Shown piece by piece: positions 39,182 to 53,650 of a DNA stretch of 64,000 nt. The notes below the pieces were generated by a model, which was not told the DNA's origin, made no database searches, and was given only the letters and a program-made list of their open reading frames with translations. This stretch comes from Auanema rhodensis (lineage: Eukaryota; Animalia; Nematoda), in assembly GCA_964057225.1 (NCBI GenBank), contig OZ059899.1, forward strand, positions 868,001 through 932,000, read 5' to 3'. The translations under genes were made by a program, and so were the position numbers. The stretch's first letter is position 1. Every line of letters begins with the position of its first letter.

Positions 39182-41287
39182 ATGTTTTTAGATTCCGTTT
39201 TTCAAGGCAAAGACGATGGACAATGTTATTCAACGAAAAAATTAATTCTTCAGGGTGAAAATCGAGGATATAAGTGTGAACATATATCAGTTGATATCTC
39301 GGTGCATTTTCAAGCTAGCGCAAATCTGATAACACAGATCGACGCAGCTCAAAAATCCGCATCGAATGCACTATACTACATTGAGAAACGCTTAATACAA
39401 AAATTAGTTATGATCGTTTGAAAAATGATGCATTAGTGTATGTTGAGTTTCCATGTACACTCAACATTGCTTCCAAAAACATTTTGACAAAAATTTTTTC
39501 GAAAAATTTCAAGATAATTTAGCGAAAAGTAGATGTTTTTAGATTCCGTTTTTCAAGGCAAAGACGATGAACAATGTTATTCAACGAAAAAAATAATTCT
39601 TCAGGGTGAAAATCGAGGATATAAGTGGGAACTTATATCAGTTGATATCTCGGTGCTTTTTTAAGCTAGCGCAAAACTGATAACACAGATCGACGCAGCT
39701 TAAAAATCCGCATCGAATGCACTATACTACATTGAGAAACGCTTAATACAAAAATTAGTTATGATCGTTTGAAAAATGATGCATTAGTGTATGTTGAGTT
39801 TCCACGTACACTCAACATTGCTTCCAAAAACATTTTGACAAAACTTTTTTCGAAAAATTTCAAAATAATTTAGCAAAAAGTAGATGTTTTTAGATTCCGT
39901 TTTTCAAGGCAAAGACGATGAACAATGTTATTCAACGAAAAAAATAATTCTTCAGGGTGAAAATCGAGGATATAAGTGTGAACTTATATCAGTTGATATC
40001 TCGGTGCTTTTTTAAGCTAGCGCAAATCTGATAACACAGATCGACGCAGCTTAAAAATCCGCATCGAATGCACTATACTACATTGAGAAACGCTTAATAC
40101 AAAAATTAGTTATGATTGTTTGAAAAATGATGCATTAGTGTATGTTGAGTTTCCATGTACACTCAACATTGCTTCCAAAAACATTTTGACAAAAATTTTT
40201 TCGAAAAATTTCAAGATAATTTAGCGAAAAGTAGATGTTTTTAGATTCCGTTTTTCAAGGCAAAGACGATGGACAATGTTATTCAACGAAAAAATTAATT
40301 CTTCAGGGTGAAAATCGAGGATATAAGTGTGAACATATATCAGTTGATATCTCGGTGCATTTTCAAGCTAGCGCAAATCTGATAACACAGATCGACGCAG
40401 CTCAAAAATCCGCATCGAATGCACTATACTACATTGAGAAACGCTTAATACAAAAATTAGTTATGATCGTTTGAAAAATGATGCATTAGTGTATGTTGAG
40501 TTTCCATGTACACTCAACATTGCTTCCAAAAACATTTTGACAAAAATTTTTTCGAAAAATTTCAAGATAATTTAGCGAAAAGTAGATGTTTTTAGATTCC
40601 GTTTTTCAAGGCAAAGACGATGAACAATGTTATTCAACGAAAAAAATAATTCTTCAGGGTGAAAATCGAGGATATAAGTGGGAACTTATATCAGTTGATA
40701 TCTCGGTGCTTTTTTAAGCTAGCGCAAAACTGATAACACAGATCGACGCAGCTTAAAAATCCGCATCGAATGCACTATACTACATTGAGAAACGCTTAAT
40801 ACAAAAATTAGTTATGATCGTTTGAAAAATGATGCATTAGTGTATGTTGAGTTTCCACGTACACTCAACATTGCTTCCAAAAACATTTTGACAAAACTTT
40901 TTTCGAAAAATTTCAAAATAATTTAGCAAAAAGTAGATGTTTTTAGATTCCGTTTTTCAAGGCAAAGACGATGAACAATGTTATTCAACGAAAAAAATAA
41001 TTCTTCAGGGTGAAAATCGAGGATATAAGTGTGAACTTATATCAGTTGATATCTCGGTGCTTTTTTAAGCTAGCGCAAATCTGATAACACAGATCGACGC
41101 AGCTTAAAAATCCGCATCGAATGCACTATACTACATTGAGAAACGCTTAATACAAAAATTAGTTATGATTGTTTGAAAAATGATGCATTAGTGTATGTTG
41201 AGTTTCCATGTACACTCAACATTGCTTCCAAAAACATTTTGACAAAAATTTTTTCGAAAAATTTCAAGATAATTTAGCGAAAAGTAG
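39182..41287 (+). repeat. Tandem trimer duplication (2 x 1,053 bp)
   Basis: Markers CCACGTAC, AAAACTTTT and GATTG repeat at +1,053. ORFs at 39182 and 40235. Confidence 0.85.
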
Positions 41288-41989
41288 ATGTTTTTAGATT
41301 CCGTTTTTCAAGGCAAAGACGATGGACAATGTTATTCAACGAAAAAATTAATTCTTCAGGGTGAAAATCGAGGATATAAGTGTGAACTTATATCAGTTGA
41401 TATCTCGGTGCATTTTCAAGCTAGCGCAAATCTGATAACACAGATCGACGCAGCTCAAAAATCCGCATCGAATGCACTATACTACATTGAGAAACGCTTA
41501 ATACAAAAATTAGTTATGATCGTTTGGAAAATGATGCATTAGTGTATGTTGAGTTTCCATGTACACTCAACATTGCTTCCAAAAACATTTTGACAAAAAT
41601 TTTTTCGAAAAATTTCAAGATAATTTAGCGAAAAGTAGATGTTTTTAGATTCCGTTTTTCAAGGCAAAGACGATGGACAATGTTATTCAACGAAAAAATT
41701 AATTCTTCAGGGTGAAAATCGAGGATATAAGTGTGAACTTATATCAGTTGATATCTCGGTGCTTTTTTAAGCTAGCGCAAATCTGATAACACAGATCGAC
41801 GCAGCTTAAAAATCCGCATCGAATGCACTATACTACATTGAGAAACGCTTAATACAAAAATTAGTTATGATCGTTTGAAAAATGATGCATTAGTGTATGT
41901 TGAGTTTCCATGTACACTCAACATTGCTTCCAAAAACATTTTGACAAAAATTTTTTCGAAAAATTTCAAAATAATTTAGCGAAAAGTAG

Positions 41990-43042
41990 ATGTTTTTAGA
42001 TTCCGTTTTTCAAGGCAAAAACGATGGACAATGTTATTCAACAAAAAAATTAATTCTTCAGGGTGAAAATCGAGGATATAAGTGGGAACTTATATCAGTT
42101 GATATCTCGGTGCTTTTTTAAGCTAGCGCAAAACTGATAACACAGATCGACGCAGCTTAAAAATCCGCATCGAATGCACTATACTACATTGAGAAACGCT
42201 TAATACAAAAATTAGTTATGATCGTTTGAAAAATGATGCATTAGTGTATGTTGAGTTTCCATGTACACTCAACATTGCTTCCAAAAACATTTTGACAAAA
42301 ATTTTTTCGAAAAATTTCAAAATAATTTAGCGAAAAGTAGATGTTTTTAGATTCCGTTTTTCAAGGCAAAAACGATGGACAATGTTATTCAACAAAAAAA
42401 TTAATTCTTCAGGGTGAAAATCGAGGATATAAGTGGGAACTTATATCAGTTGATATCTCGGTGCTTTTTTAAGCTAGCGCAAAACTGATAACACAGATCG
42501 ACGCAGCTTAAAAATCCGCATCGAATGCACTATACTACATTGAGAAACGCTTAATACAAAAATTAGTTATGATCGTTTGAAAAATGATGCATTAGTGTAT
42601 GTTGAGTTTCCATGTACACTCAACATTGCTTCCAAAAACATTTTGACAAAAATTTTTTCGAAAAATTTCAAAATAATTTAGCGAAAAGTAGATGTTTTTA
42701 GATTCCGTTTTTCAAGGCAAAAACGATGGACAATGTTATTCAACAAAAAAATTAATTCTTCAGGGTGAAAATCGAGGATATAAGTGGGAACTTATATCAG
42801 TTGATATCTCGGTGCTTTTTTAAGCTAGCGCAAAACTGATAACACAGATCGACGCAGCTTAAAAATCCGCATCGAATGCACTATACTACATTGAGAAACG
42901 CTTAATACAAAAATTAGTTATGATCGTTTGAAAAATGATGCATTAGTGTATGTTGAGTTTCCATGTACACTCAACATTGCTTCCAAAAACATTTTGACAA
43001 AAATTTTTTCGAAAAATTTCAAAATAATTTAGCGAAAAGTAG
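41990..43042 (+). repeat. Three apparently identical adjacent monomers
   Basis: The GGCAAAAACG plus CAACAAAAAA variants occur in monomers at 41990, 42341 and 42692 (and again at 44798). Confidence 0.85.
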
Positions 43043-46000
43043 ATGTTTTTAGATTCCGTTTTTCAAGGCAAAGACGATGGACAATGTTATTCAACGAAAA
43101 AATTAATTCTTCAGGGTGAAAATCGAGGATATAAGTGGGAACTTATATCAGTTGATATCTCGGTGCTTTTTTAAGCTAGCGCAAAACTGATAACACAGAT
43201 CGACGCAGCTTAAAAATCCGCATCGAATGCACTATACTACATTGAGAAACGCTTAATACAAAAATTAGTTATGATCGTTTGAAAAATGATGCATTAGTGT
43301 ATGTTGAGTTTCCATGTACACTCAACATTGCTTCCAAAAACATTTTGACAAAAATTTTTTCGAAAAATTTCAAAATAATTTAGCAAAAAGTAGATGTTTT
43401 TAGATTCCTTTTATCAAGGCAAAGACGATGGACAATGTTATTCAACGAAAAAATTAATTCTTCAGGGTGAAAATCGAGGATATATGTGTGAACTCATATC
43501 AGTTGATATCTCGGTGCATTTTTAAGCTAGCGCAAATCTGATAACACAGATCGACGCAGCTCAACAATCCGCATCGAATGCACTATACTACATTGAGAAA
43601 CGCTTAATACAAAAATTAGTTATGATCGTTTGAAAAATGATGCATTAGTGTATGTTGAGTTTCCATGTACACTCAACATTGCTTCCAAAAACATTTTGAC
43701 AAAAATTTTTTCGAAAAATTTCAAGATAATTTAGCGAAAAGTAGATGTTTTTAGATTCCGTTTTTCAAGGCAAAGACGATGAACAATGTTATTCAACGAA
43801 AAAAATAATTCTTCAGGGTGAAAATCGAGGATATAAGTGGGAACTTATATCAGTTGATATCTCGGTGCTTTTTTAAGCTAGCGCAAAACTGATAACACAG
43901 ATCGACGCAGCTTAAAAATCCGCATCGAATGCACTATACTACATTGAGAAACGCTTAATACAAAAATTAGTTATGATCGTTTGAAAAATGATGCATTAGT
44001 GTATGTTGAGTTTCCACGTACACTCAACATTGCTTCCAAAAACATTTTGACAAAACTTTTTTCGAAAAATTTCAAAATAATTTAGCAAAAAGTAGATGTT
44101 TTTAGATTCCGTTTTTCAAGGCAAAGACGATGAACAATGTTATTCAACGAAAAAAATAATTCTTCAGGGTGAAAATCGAGGATATAAGTGTGAACTTATA
44201 TCAGTTGATATCTCGGTGCTTTTTTAAGCTAGCGCAAATCTGATAACACAGATCGACGCAGCTTAAAAATCTGCATCGAATGCACTATACTACATTGAGA
44301 AACGCTTAATACAAAAATTAGTTATGATTGTTTGAAAAATGATGCATTAGTGTATGTTGAGTTTCCATGTACACTCAACATTGCTTCCAAAAACATTTTG
44401 ACAAAAATTTTTTCGAAAAATTTCAAGATAATTTAGCGAAAAGTAGATGTTTTTAGATTCCGTTTTTCAAGGCAAAGACGATGGACAATGTTATTCAACG
44501 AAAAAATTAATTCTTCAGGGTGAAAATCGAGGATATAAGTGTGAACTTATATCAGTTGATATCTCGGTGCTTTTTTAAGCTAGCGCAAATCTGATAACAC
44601 AGATCGACGCAGCTTAAAAATCCGCATCGAATGCACTATACTACATTGAGAAACGCTTAATACAAAAATTAGTTATGATCGTTTGAAAAATGATGCATTA
44701 GTGTATGTTGAGTTTCCATGTACACTCAACATTGCTTCCAAAAACATTTTGACAAAAATTTTTTCGAAAAATTTCAAAATAATTTAGCGAAAAGTAGATG
44801 TTTTTAGATTCCGTTTTTCAAGGCAAAAACGATGGACAATGTTATTCAACAAAAAAATTAATTCTTCAGGGTGAAAATCGAGGATATAAGTGGGAACTTA
44901 TATCAGTTGATATCTCGGTGCTTTTTTAAGCTAGCGCAAAACTGATAACACAGATCGACGCAGCTTAAAAATCCGCATCGAATGCACTATACTACATTGA
45001 GAAACGCTTAATACAAAAATTAGTTATGATCGTTTGAAAAATGATGCATTAGTGTATGTTGAGTTTCCATGTACACTCAACATTGCTTCCAAAAACATTT
45101 TGACAAAAATTTTTTCGAAAAATTTCAAAATAATTTAGCAAAAAGTAGATGTTTTTAGATTCCTTTTTTCAAGGCAAAGACGATGGACAATGTTATTCAA
45201 CGAAAAAATTAATTCTTCAGGGTGAAAATCGAGGATATATGTGTGAACTCATATCAGTTGATATCTCGGTGCATTTTTAAGCTAGCGCAAATCTGATAAC
45301 ACAGATCGACGCAGCTCAACAATCCGCATCGAATGCACTATACTACATTGAGAAACGCTTAATACAAAAATTAGTTATGATCGTTTGAAAAATGATGCAT
45401 TAGTGTATGTTGAGTTTCCATGTACACTCAACATTGCTTCCAAAAACATTTTGACAAAAATTTTTTCGAAAAATTTCAAGATAATTTAGCAAAAAGTAGA
45501 TGTTTTTAGATTCCGTTTTTCAAGGCAAAGACGATGGACAATGTTATTCAACGAAAAAATTAATTCTTCAGGGTGAAAATTGAGGATATAAGTGTGAACT
45601 TATATCAGTTGATATCTCGGTGCATTTTCAAGCTAGCGCAAATCTGATAACACAGATCGACGCAGCTCAAAAATCCGCATCGAATGCACTATACTACATT
45701 GAGAAACGCTTAATACAAAAATTAGTTATGATCGTTTGAAAAATGATGCATTAGTGTATGTTGAGTTTCCATGTACACTCAACATTGCTTCCAAAAACAT
45801 TTTGACAAAAATTTTTTCGAAAAATTTCAGAATAATTTAGCAAAAAGTAGATGTTTTTAGATTCCGTTTTTCAAAGCAAAGACGATGGACAATGTTATTC
45901 AACGAAAAAAATAATTCTTCAGGGTGAAAATCGAGGATATAAGTGGGAACTTATATCAGTTGATATCTCGGTGCTTTTTTAAGCTAGCGCAAAAGTGATA

Positions 46001-46201
46001 ACACAGATCGACGCAGCTTAAAAATCCGCATCGAATGCACTATACTACATTGAGAAACGCTTAATACAAAAATTAGTTATGATCGTTTGAAAAATGATGC
46101 ATTAGTGTATGTTGAGTTTCCATGTACACTCAACATTGCTTCCAAAAACATTTTGACAAAAATTTTTTCGAAAAATTTCAAAATAATTTAGCAAAAAGTA
46201 G

Positions 46202-46630
46202 ATGTTTTTAGATTCCTTTTTTCAAGGCAAAGACGATGGACAATGTTATTCAACGAAAAAATTAATTCTTCAGGGTGAAAATCGAGGATATAAGTGTGAA
46301 CTTATATCAGTTGATATCTCGGTGTATTCAACGAAAAAATTAATTCTTCAGGGTGAAAATTGAGGATATAAGTGTGAACTTATATCAGTTGATATCTCGG
46401 TGCATTTTCAAGCTAGCGCAAATCTGATAACACAGATCGACGCAGCTCAAAAATCCGCATCGAATGCACTATACTACATTAAGAAACGCTTAATACAAAA
46501 ATTAGTTATGATCGTTTGAAAAATGATGCATTAGTGTATGTTGAGTTTCCATGTACACTCAACATTGCTTCCAAAAACATTTTGACAAAAATTTTTTCGA
46601 AAAATTTCAGAATAATTTAGCAAAAAGTAG
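46202..46630 (+). repeat. 429-bp chimeric monomer (+78 bp; junction at 46324/46325)
   Basis: CTCGGTG|TATTCAACG jumps from monomer pos 123 back to pos 46. The next monomer starts at 46631. Confidence 0.92.
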
Positions 46631-49438
46631 ATGTTTTTAGATTCCGTTTTTCAAAGCAAAGACGATGGACAATGTTATTCAACGAAAAAAATAATTCTTC
46701 AGGGTGAAAATCGAGGATATAAGTGGGAACTTATATCAGTTGATATCTCGGTGCTTTTTTAAGCTAGCGCAAAACTGATAACACAGATCGACGCAGCTTA
46801 AAAATCCGCATCGAATGCACTATACTACATTGAGAAACGCTTAATACAAAAATTAGTTATGATCGTTTGAAAAATGATGCATTAGTGTATGTTGAGTTTC
46901 CATGTACACTCAACATTGCTTCCAAAAACATTTTGACAAAAATTTTTTCGGAAAATTTCAAAATAATTTAGCGAAAAGTAGATGTTTTTAGATTCCGTTT
47001 TTCAAGGCAAAGACGATGGACAATGTTATTCAACGAAAAAATTAATTCTTCAGGGTGAAAATCGAGGATATAAGTGGGAACTTATATCAGTTGATATCTC
47101 GGTGCTTTTTTAAGCTAGCGCAAAACTGATAACACAGATCGACGCAGCTTAAAAATCCGCATCGAATGCACTATACTACATTGAGAAACGCTTAATACAA
47201 AAATTAGTTATGATCGTTTGAAAAATGATGCATTAGTGTATGTTGAGTTTCCATGTACACTCAACATTGCTTCCAAAAACATTTTGACAAAAATTTTTTC
47301 GAAAAATTTCAAAATAATTTAGCAAAAAGTAGATGTTTTTAGATTCCTTTTTTCAAGGCAAAGACGATGGACAATGTTATTCAACGAAAAAATTAATTCT
47401 TCAGGGTGAAAATCGAGGATATATGTGTGAACTCATATCAGTTGATATCTCGGTGCATTTTTAAGCTAGCGCAAATCTGATAACACAGATCGACGCAGCT
47501 CAACAATCCGCATCGAATGCACTATACTACATTGAGAAACGCTTAATACAAAAATTAGTTATGATCGTTTGAAAAATGATGCATTAGTGTATGTTGAGTT
47601 TCCATGTACACTCAACATTGCTTCCAAAAACATTTTGACAAAAATTTTTTCGAAAAATTTCAAGATAATTTAGCAAAAAGTAGATGTTTTTAGATTCCGT
47701 TTTTCAAGGCAAAGACGATGGACAATGTTATTCAACGAAAAAATTAATTCTTCAGGGTGAAAATTGAGGATATAAGTGTGAACTTATATCAGTTGATATC
47801 TCGGTGCATTTTCAAGCTAGCGCAAATCTGATAACACAGATCGACGCAGCTCAAAAATCCGCATCGAATGCACTATACTACATTAAGAAACGCTTAATAC
47901 AAAAATTAGTTATGATCGTTTGAAAAATGATGCATTAGTGTATGTTGAGTTTCCATGTACACTCAACATTGCTTCCAAAAACATTTTGACAAAAATTTTT
48001 TCGAAAAATTTCAGAATAATTTAGCAAAAAGTAGATGTTTTTAGATTCCGTTTTTCAAAGCAAAGACGATGGACAATGTTATTCAACGAAAAAAATAATT
48101 CTTCAGGGTGAAAATCGAGGATATAAGTGGGAACTTATATCAGTTGATATCTCGGTGCTTTTTTAAGCTAGCGCAAAAGTGATAACACAGATCGACGCAG
48201 CTTAAAAATCCGCATCGAATGCACTATACTACATTGAGAAACGCTTGATACAAAAATTAGTTATGATCGTTTGAAAAATGATGCATTAGTGTATGTTGAG
48301 TTTCCATGTACACTCAACATTGCTTCCAAAAACATTTTGACAAAAATTTTTTCGAAAAATTTCAGAATAATTTAGCAAAAAGTAGATGTTTTTAGATTCC
48401 GTTTTTCAAAGCAAAGACGATGGACAATGTTATTCAACGAAAAAAATAATTCTTCAGGGTGAAAATCGAGGATATAAGTGGGAACTTATATCAGTTGATA
48501 TCTCGGTGCTTTTTTAAGCTAGCGCAAAACTGATAACACAGATCGACGCAGCTTAAAAATCCGCATCGAATGCACTATACTACATTGAGAAACGCTTAAT
48601 ACAAAAATTAGTTATGATCGTTTGAAAAATGATGCATTAGTGTATGTTGAGTTTCCATGTACACTCAACATTGCTTCCAAAAACATTTTGACAAAAATTT
48701 TTTCGAAAAATTTCAAAATAATTTAGCAAAAAGTAGATGTTTTTAGATTCCTTTTTTCAAGGCAAAGACGATGGACAATGTTATTCAACGAAAAAATTAA
48801 TTCTTCAGGGTGAAAATCGAGGATATAAGTGTGAACTTATATCAGTTGATATCTCGGTGCTTTTTTAAGCTAGCGCAAATCTGATAACACAGATCGACGC
48901 AGCTTAAAAATCCGCATCGAATGCACTATACTACATTGAGAAACGCTTAATACAAAAATTAGTTATGATCGTTTGAAAAATGATGCATTAGTGTATGTTG
49001 AGTTTCCATGTACACTCAACATTGCTTCCAAAAACATTTTGACAAAAATTTTTTCGAAAAATTTCAAAATAATTTAGCAAAAAGTAGATGTTTTTAGATT
49101 CCGTTTTTCAAGGCAAAGACGATGAACAATGTTATTCAACGAAAAAAATAATTCTTCAGGGTGAAAATCGAGGATATAAGTGTGAACTTATATCAGTTGA
49201 TATCTCGGTGCTTTTTTAAGCTAGCGCAAATCTGATAACACAGATCGACGCAGCTTAAAAATCCGCATCGAATGCACTATACTACATTGAGAAACGCTTA
49301 ATACAAAAATTAGTTATGATCGTTTGAAAAATGATGCATTAGTGTATGTTGAGTTTCCATGTACACTCAACATTGCTTCCAAAAACATTTTGACAAAAAT
49401 TTTTTCGAAAAATTTCAAGATAATTTAGCAAAAAGTAG

Positions 49439-52400
49439 ATGTTTTTAGATTCCGTTTTTCAAGGCAAAGACGATGGACAATGTTAATCAACGAAAAAATT
49501 AATTCTTCAGGGTGAAAATTGAGGATATAAGTGTGAACTTATATCAGTTGATATCTCGGTGCATTTTCAAGCTAGCGCAAATCTGATAACACAGATCGAC
49601 GCAGCTCAAAAATCCGCATCGAATGCACTATACTACATTAAGAAACGCTTAATACAAAAATTAGTTATGATCGTTTGAAAAATGATGCATTAGTGTATGT
49701 TGAGTTTCCATGTACACTCAACATTGCTTCCAAAAACATTTTGACAAAAATTTTTTCGAAAAATTTCAGAATAATTTAGCAAAAAGTAGATGTTTTTAGA
49801 TTCCGTTTTTCAAAGCAAAGACGATGGACAATGTTATTCAACGAAAAAAATAATTCTTCAGGGTGAAAATCGAGGATATAAGTGGGAACTTATATCAGTT
49901 GATATCTCGGTGCTTTTTTAAGCTAGCGCAAAACTGATAACACAGATCGACGCAGCTTAAAAATCCGCATCGAATGCACTATACTACATTGAGAAACGCT
50001 TAATACAAAAATTAGTTATGATCGTTTGAAAAATGATGCATTAGTGTATGTTGAGTTTCCATGTACACTCAACATTGCTTCCAAAAACATTTTGACAAAA
50101 ATTTTTTCGGAAAATTTCAAAATAATTTAGCGAAAAGTAGATGTTTTTAGATTCCGTTTTTCAAGGCAAAGACGATGGACAATGTTATTCAACGAAAAAA
50201 TTAATTCTTCAGGGTGAAAATCGAGGATATAAGTGGGAACTTATATCAGTTGATATCTCGGTGCTTTTTTAAGCTAGCGCAAAACTGATAACACAGATCG
50301 ACGCAGCTTAAAAATCCGCATCGAATGCACTATACTACATTGAGAAACGCTTAATACAAAAATTAGTTATGATCGTTTGAAAAATGATGCATTAGTGTAT
50401 GTTGAGTTTCCATGTACACTCAACATTGCTTCCAAAAACATTTTGACAAAAATTTTTTCGAAAAATTTCAAAATAATTTAGCAAAAAGTAGATGTTTTTA
50501 GATTCCTTTTTTCAAGGCAAAGACGATGGACAATGTTATTCAACGAAAAAATTAATTCTTCAGGGTGAAAATCGAGGATATATGTGTGAACTCATATCAG
50601 TTGATATCTCGGTGCATTTTTAAGCTAGCGCAAATCTGATAACACAGATCGACGCAGCTCAACAATCCGCATCGAATGCACTATACTACATTGAGAAACG
50701 CTTAATACAAAAATTAGTTATGATCGTTTGAAAAATGATGCATTAGTGTATGTTGAGTTTCCATGTACACTCAACATTGCTTCCAAAAACATTTTGACAA
50801 AAATTTTTTCGAAAAATTTCAAGATAATTTAGCAAAAAGTAGATGTTTTTAGATTCCGTTTTTCAAGGCAAAGACGATGGACAATGTTATTCAACGAAAA
50901 AATTAATTCTTCAGGGTGAAAATTGAGGATATAAGTGTGAACTTATATCAGTTGATATCTCGGTGCATTTTCAAGCTAGCGCAAATCTGATAACACAGAT
51001 CGACGCAGCTCAAAAATCCGCATCGAATGCACTATACTACATTAAGAAACGCTTAATACAAAAATTAGTTATGATCGTTTGAAAAATGATGCATTAGTGT
51101 ATGTTGAGTTTCCATGTACACTCAACATTGCTTCCAAAAACATTTTGACAAAAATTTTTTCGAAAAATTTCAGAATAATTTAGCAAAAAGTAGATGTTTT
51201 TAGATTCCGTTTTTCAAAGCAAAGACGATGGACAATGTTATTCAACGAAAAAAATAATTCTTCAGGGTGAAAATCGAGGATATAAGTGGGAACTTATATC
51301 AGTTGATATCTCGGTGCTTTTTTAAGCTAGCGCAAAACTGATAACACAGATCGACGCAGCTTAAAAATCCGCATCGAATGCACTATACTATATTGAGAAA
51401 CGCTTAATACAAAAATTAGTTATGATCGTTTGAAAAATGATGCATTAGTGTATGTTGAGTTTCCATGTACACTCAACATTGCTTCCAAAAACATTTTGAC
51501 AAAAATTTTTTCGAAAAATTTCAAAATAATTTAGCAAAAAGTAGATGTTTTTAGATTCCGTTTTTCAAGGCAAAGACGATGGACAATGTTATTCAACGAA
51601 AAAATTAATTCTTCAGGGTGAAAATCGAGGATATAAGTGGGAACTTATATCAGTTGATATCTCGGTGCTTTTTTAAGCTAGCGCAAAACTGATAACACAG
51701 ATCGACGCAGCTTAAAAATCCGCATCGAATGCACTATACTACATTGAGAAACGCTTAATACAAAAATTAGTTATGATCGTTTGAAAAATGATGCATTAGT
51801 GTATGTTGAGTTTCCATGTACACTCAACATTGCTTCCAAAAACATTTTGACAAAAATTTTTTCGAAAAATTTCAAAATAATTTAGCGAAAAGTAGATGTT
51901 TTTAGATTCCTTTTTTCAAGGCAAAGACGATGGACAATGTTATTCAACGAAAAAATTAATTCTTCAGGGTGAAAATCGAGGATATATGTGTGAACTCATA
52001 TCAGTTGATATCTCGGTGCATTTTTAAGCTAGCGCAAATCTGATAACACAGATCGACGCAGCTCAACAATCCGCATCGAATGCACTATACTACATTGAGA
52101 AACGCTTAATACAAAAATTAGTTATGATCGTTTGAAAAATGATGCATTAGTGTATGTTGAGTTTCCATGTACACTCAACATTGCTTCCAAAAACATTTTG
52201 ACAAAAATTTTTTCGAAAAATTTCAAGATAATTTAGCAAAAAGTAGATGTTTTTAGATTCCGTTTTTCAAGGCAAAGACGATGGACAATGTTATTCAACG
52301 AAAAAATTAATTCTTCAGGGTGAAAATTGAGGATATAAGTGTGAACTTATATCAGTTGATATCTCGGTGCATTTTCAAGCTAGCGCAAATCTGATAACAC

Positions 52401-52948
52401 AGATCGACGCAGCTCAAAAATCCGCATCGAATGCACTATACTACATTAAGAAACGCTTAATACAAAAATTAGTTATGATCGTTTGAAAAATGATGCATTA
52501 GTGTATGTTGAGTTTCCATGTACACTCAACATTGCTTCCAAAAACATTTTGACAAAAATTTTTTCGAAAAATTTCAGAATAATTTAGCAAAAAGTAGATG
52601 TTTTTAGATTCCGTTTTTCAAAGCAAAGACGATGGACAATGTTATTCAACGAAAAAAATAATTCTTCAGGGTGAAAATCGAGGATATAAGTGGGAACTTA
52701 TATCAGTTGATATCTCGGTGCTTTTTTAAGCTAGCGCAAAACTGATAACACAGATCGACGCAGCTTAAAAATCCGCATCGAATGCACTATACTATATTGA
52801 GAAACGCTTAATACAAAAATTAGTTATGATCGTTTGAAAAATGATGCATTAGTGTATGTTGAGTTTCCATGTACACTCAACATTGCTTCCAAAAACATTT
52901 TGACAAAAATTTTTTCGAAAAATTTCAAAATAATTTAGCAAAAAGTAG
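49439..52948 (+). repeat. Local tetrameric higher-order repeat (1,404-bp period, about 2.5 copies)
   Basis: Cyclic order AATTGAGG-type, CAAAGC/GGGA-type, GGGA-type, CCTTT/TATGT/ACTCA-type starting at 49439, 50843 and 52247. Confidence 0.8.
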
Positions 52949-53650
52949 ATGTTTTTAGATTCCGTTTTTCAAGGCAAAGACGATGGACAATGTTATTCAA
53001 CGAAAAAATTAATTCTTCAGGGTGAAAATCGAGGATATAAGTGTGAACTTATATCAGTTGATATCTCGGTGCTTTTTTAAGCTAGCGCAAATCTGATAAC
53101 ACAGATCGACGCAGCTTAAAAATCCGCATCGAATGCACTATACTACATTGAGAAACGCTTAATACAAAAATTAGTTATGATCGTTTGAAAAATGATGCAT
53201 TAGTGTATGTTGAGTTTCCATGTACACTCAACATTGCTTCCAAAAACATTTTGACAAAAATTTTTTCGAAAAATTTCAAAATAATTTAGCAAAAAGTAGA
53301 TGTTTTTAGATTCCGTTTTTCAAGGCAAAGACGATGAACAATGTTATTCAACGAAAGAAATAATTCTTCAGGGTGAAAATCGAGGATATAAGTGTGAACT
53401 TATATCAGTTGATATCTCGGTGCTTTTTTAAGCTAGCGCAAATCTGATAACACAGATCGACGCAGCTTAAAAATCCGCATCGAATGCACTATACTACATT
53501 GAGAAACGCTTAATACAAAAATTAGTTATGATCGTTTGAAAAATGATGCATTAGTGTATGTTGAGTTTCCATGTACACTCAACATTGCTTCCAAAAACAT
53601 TTTGACAAAAATTTTTTCGAAAAATTTCAAAATAATTTAGCAAAAAGTAG

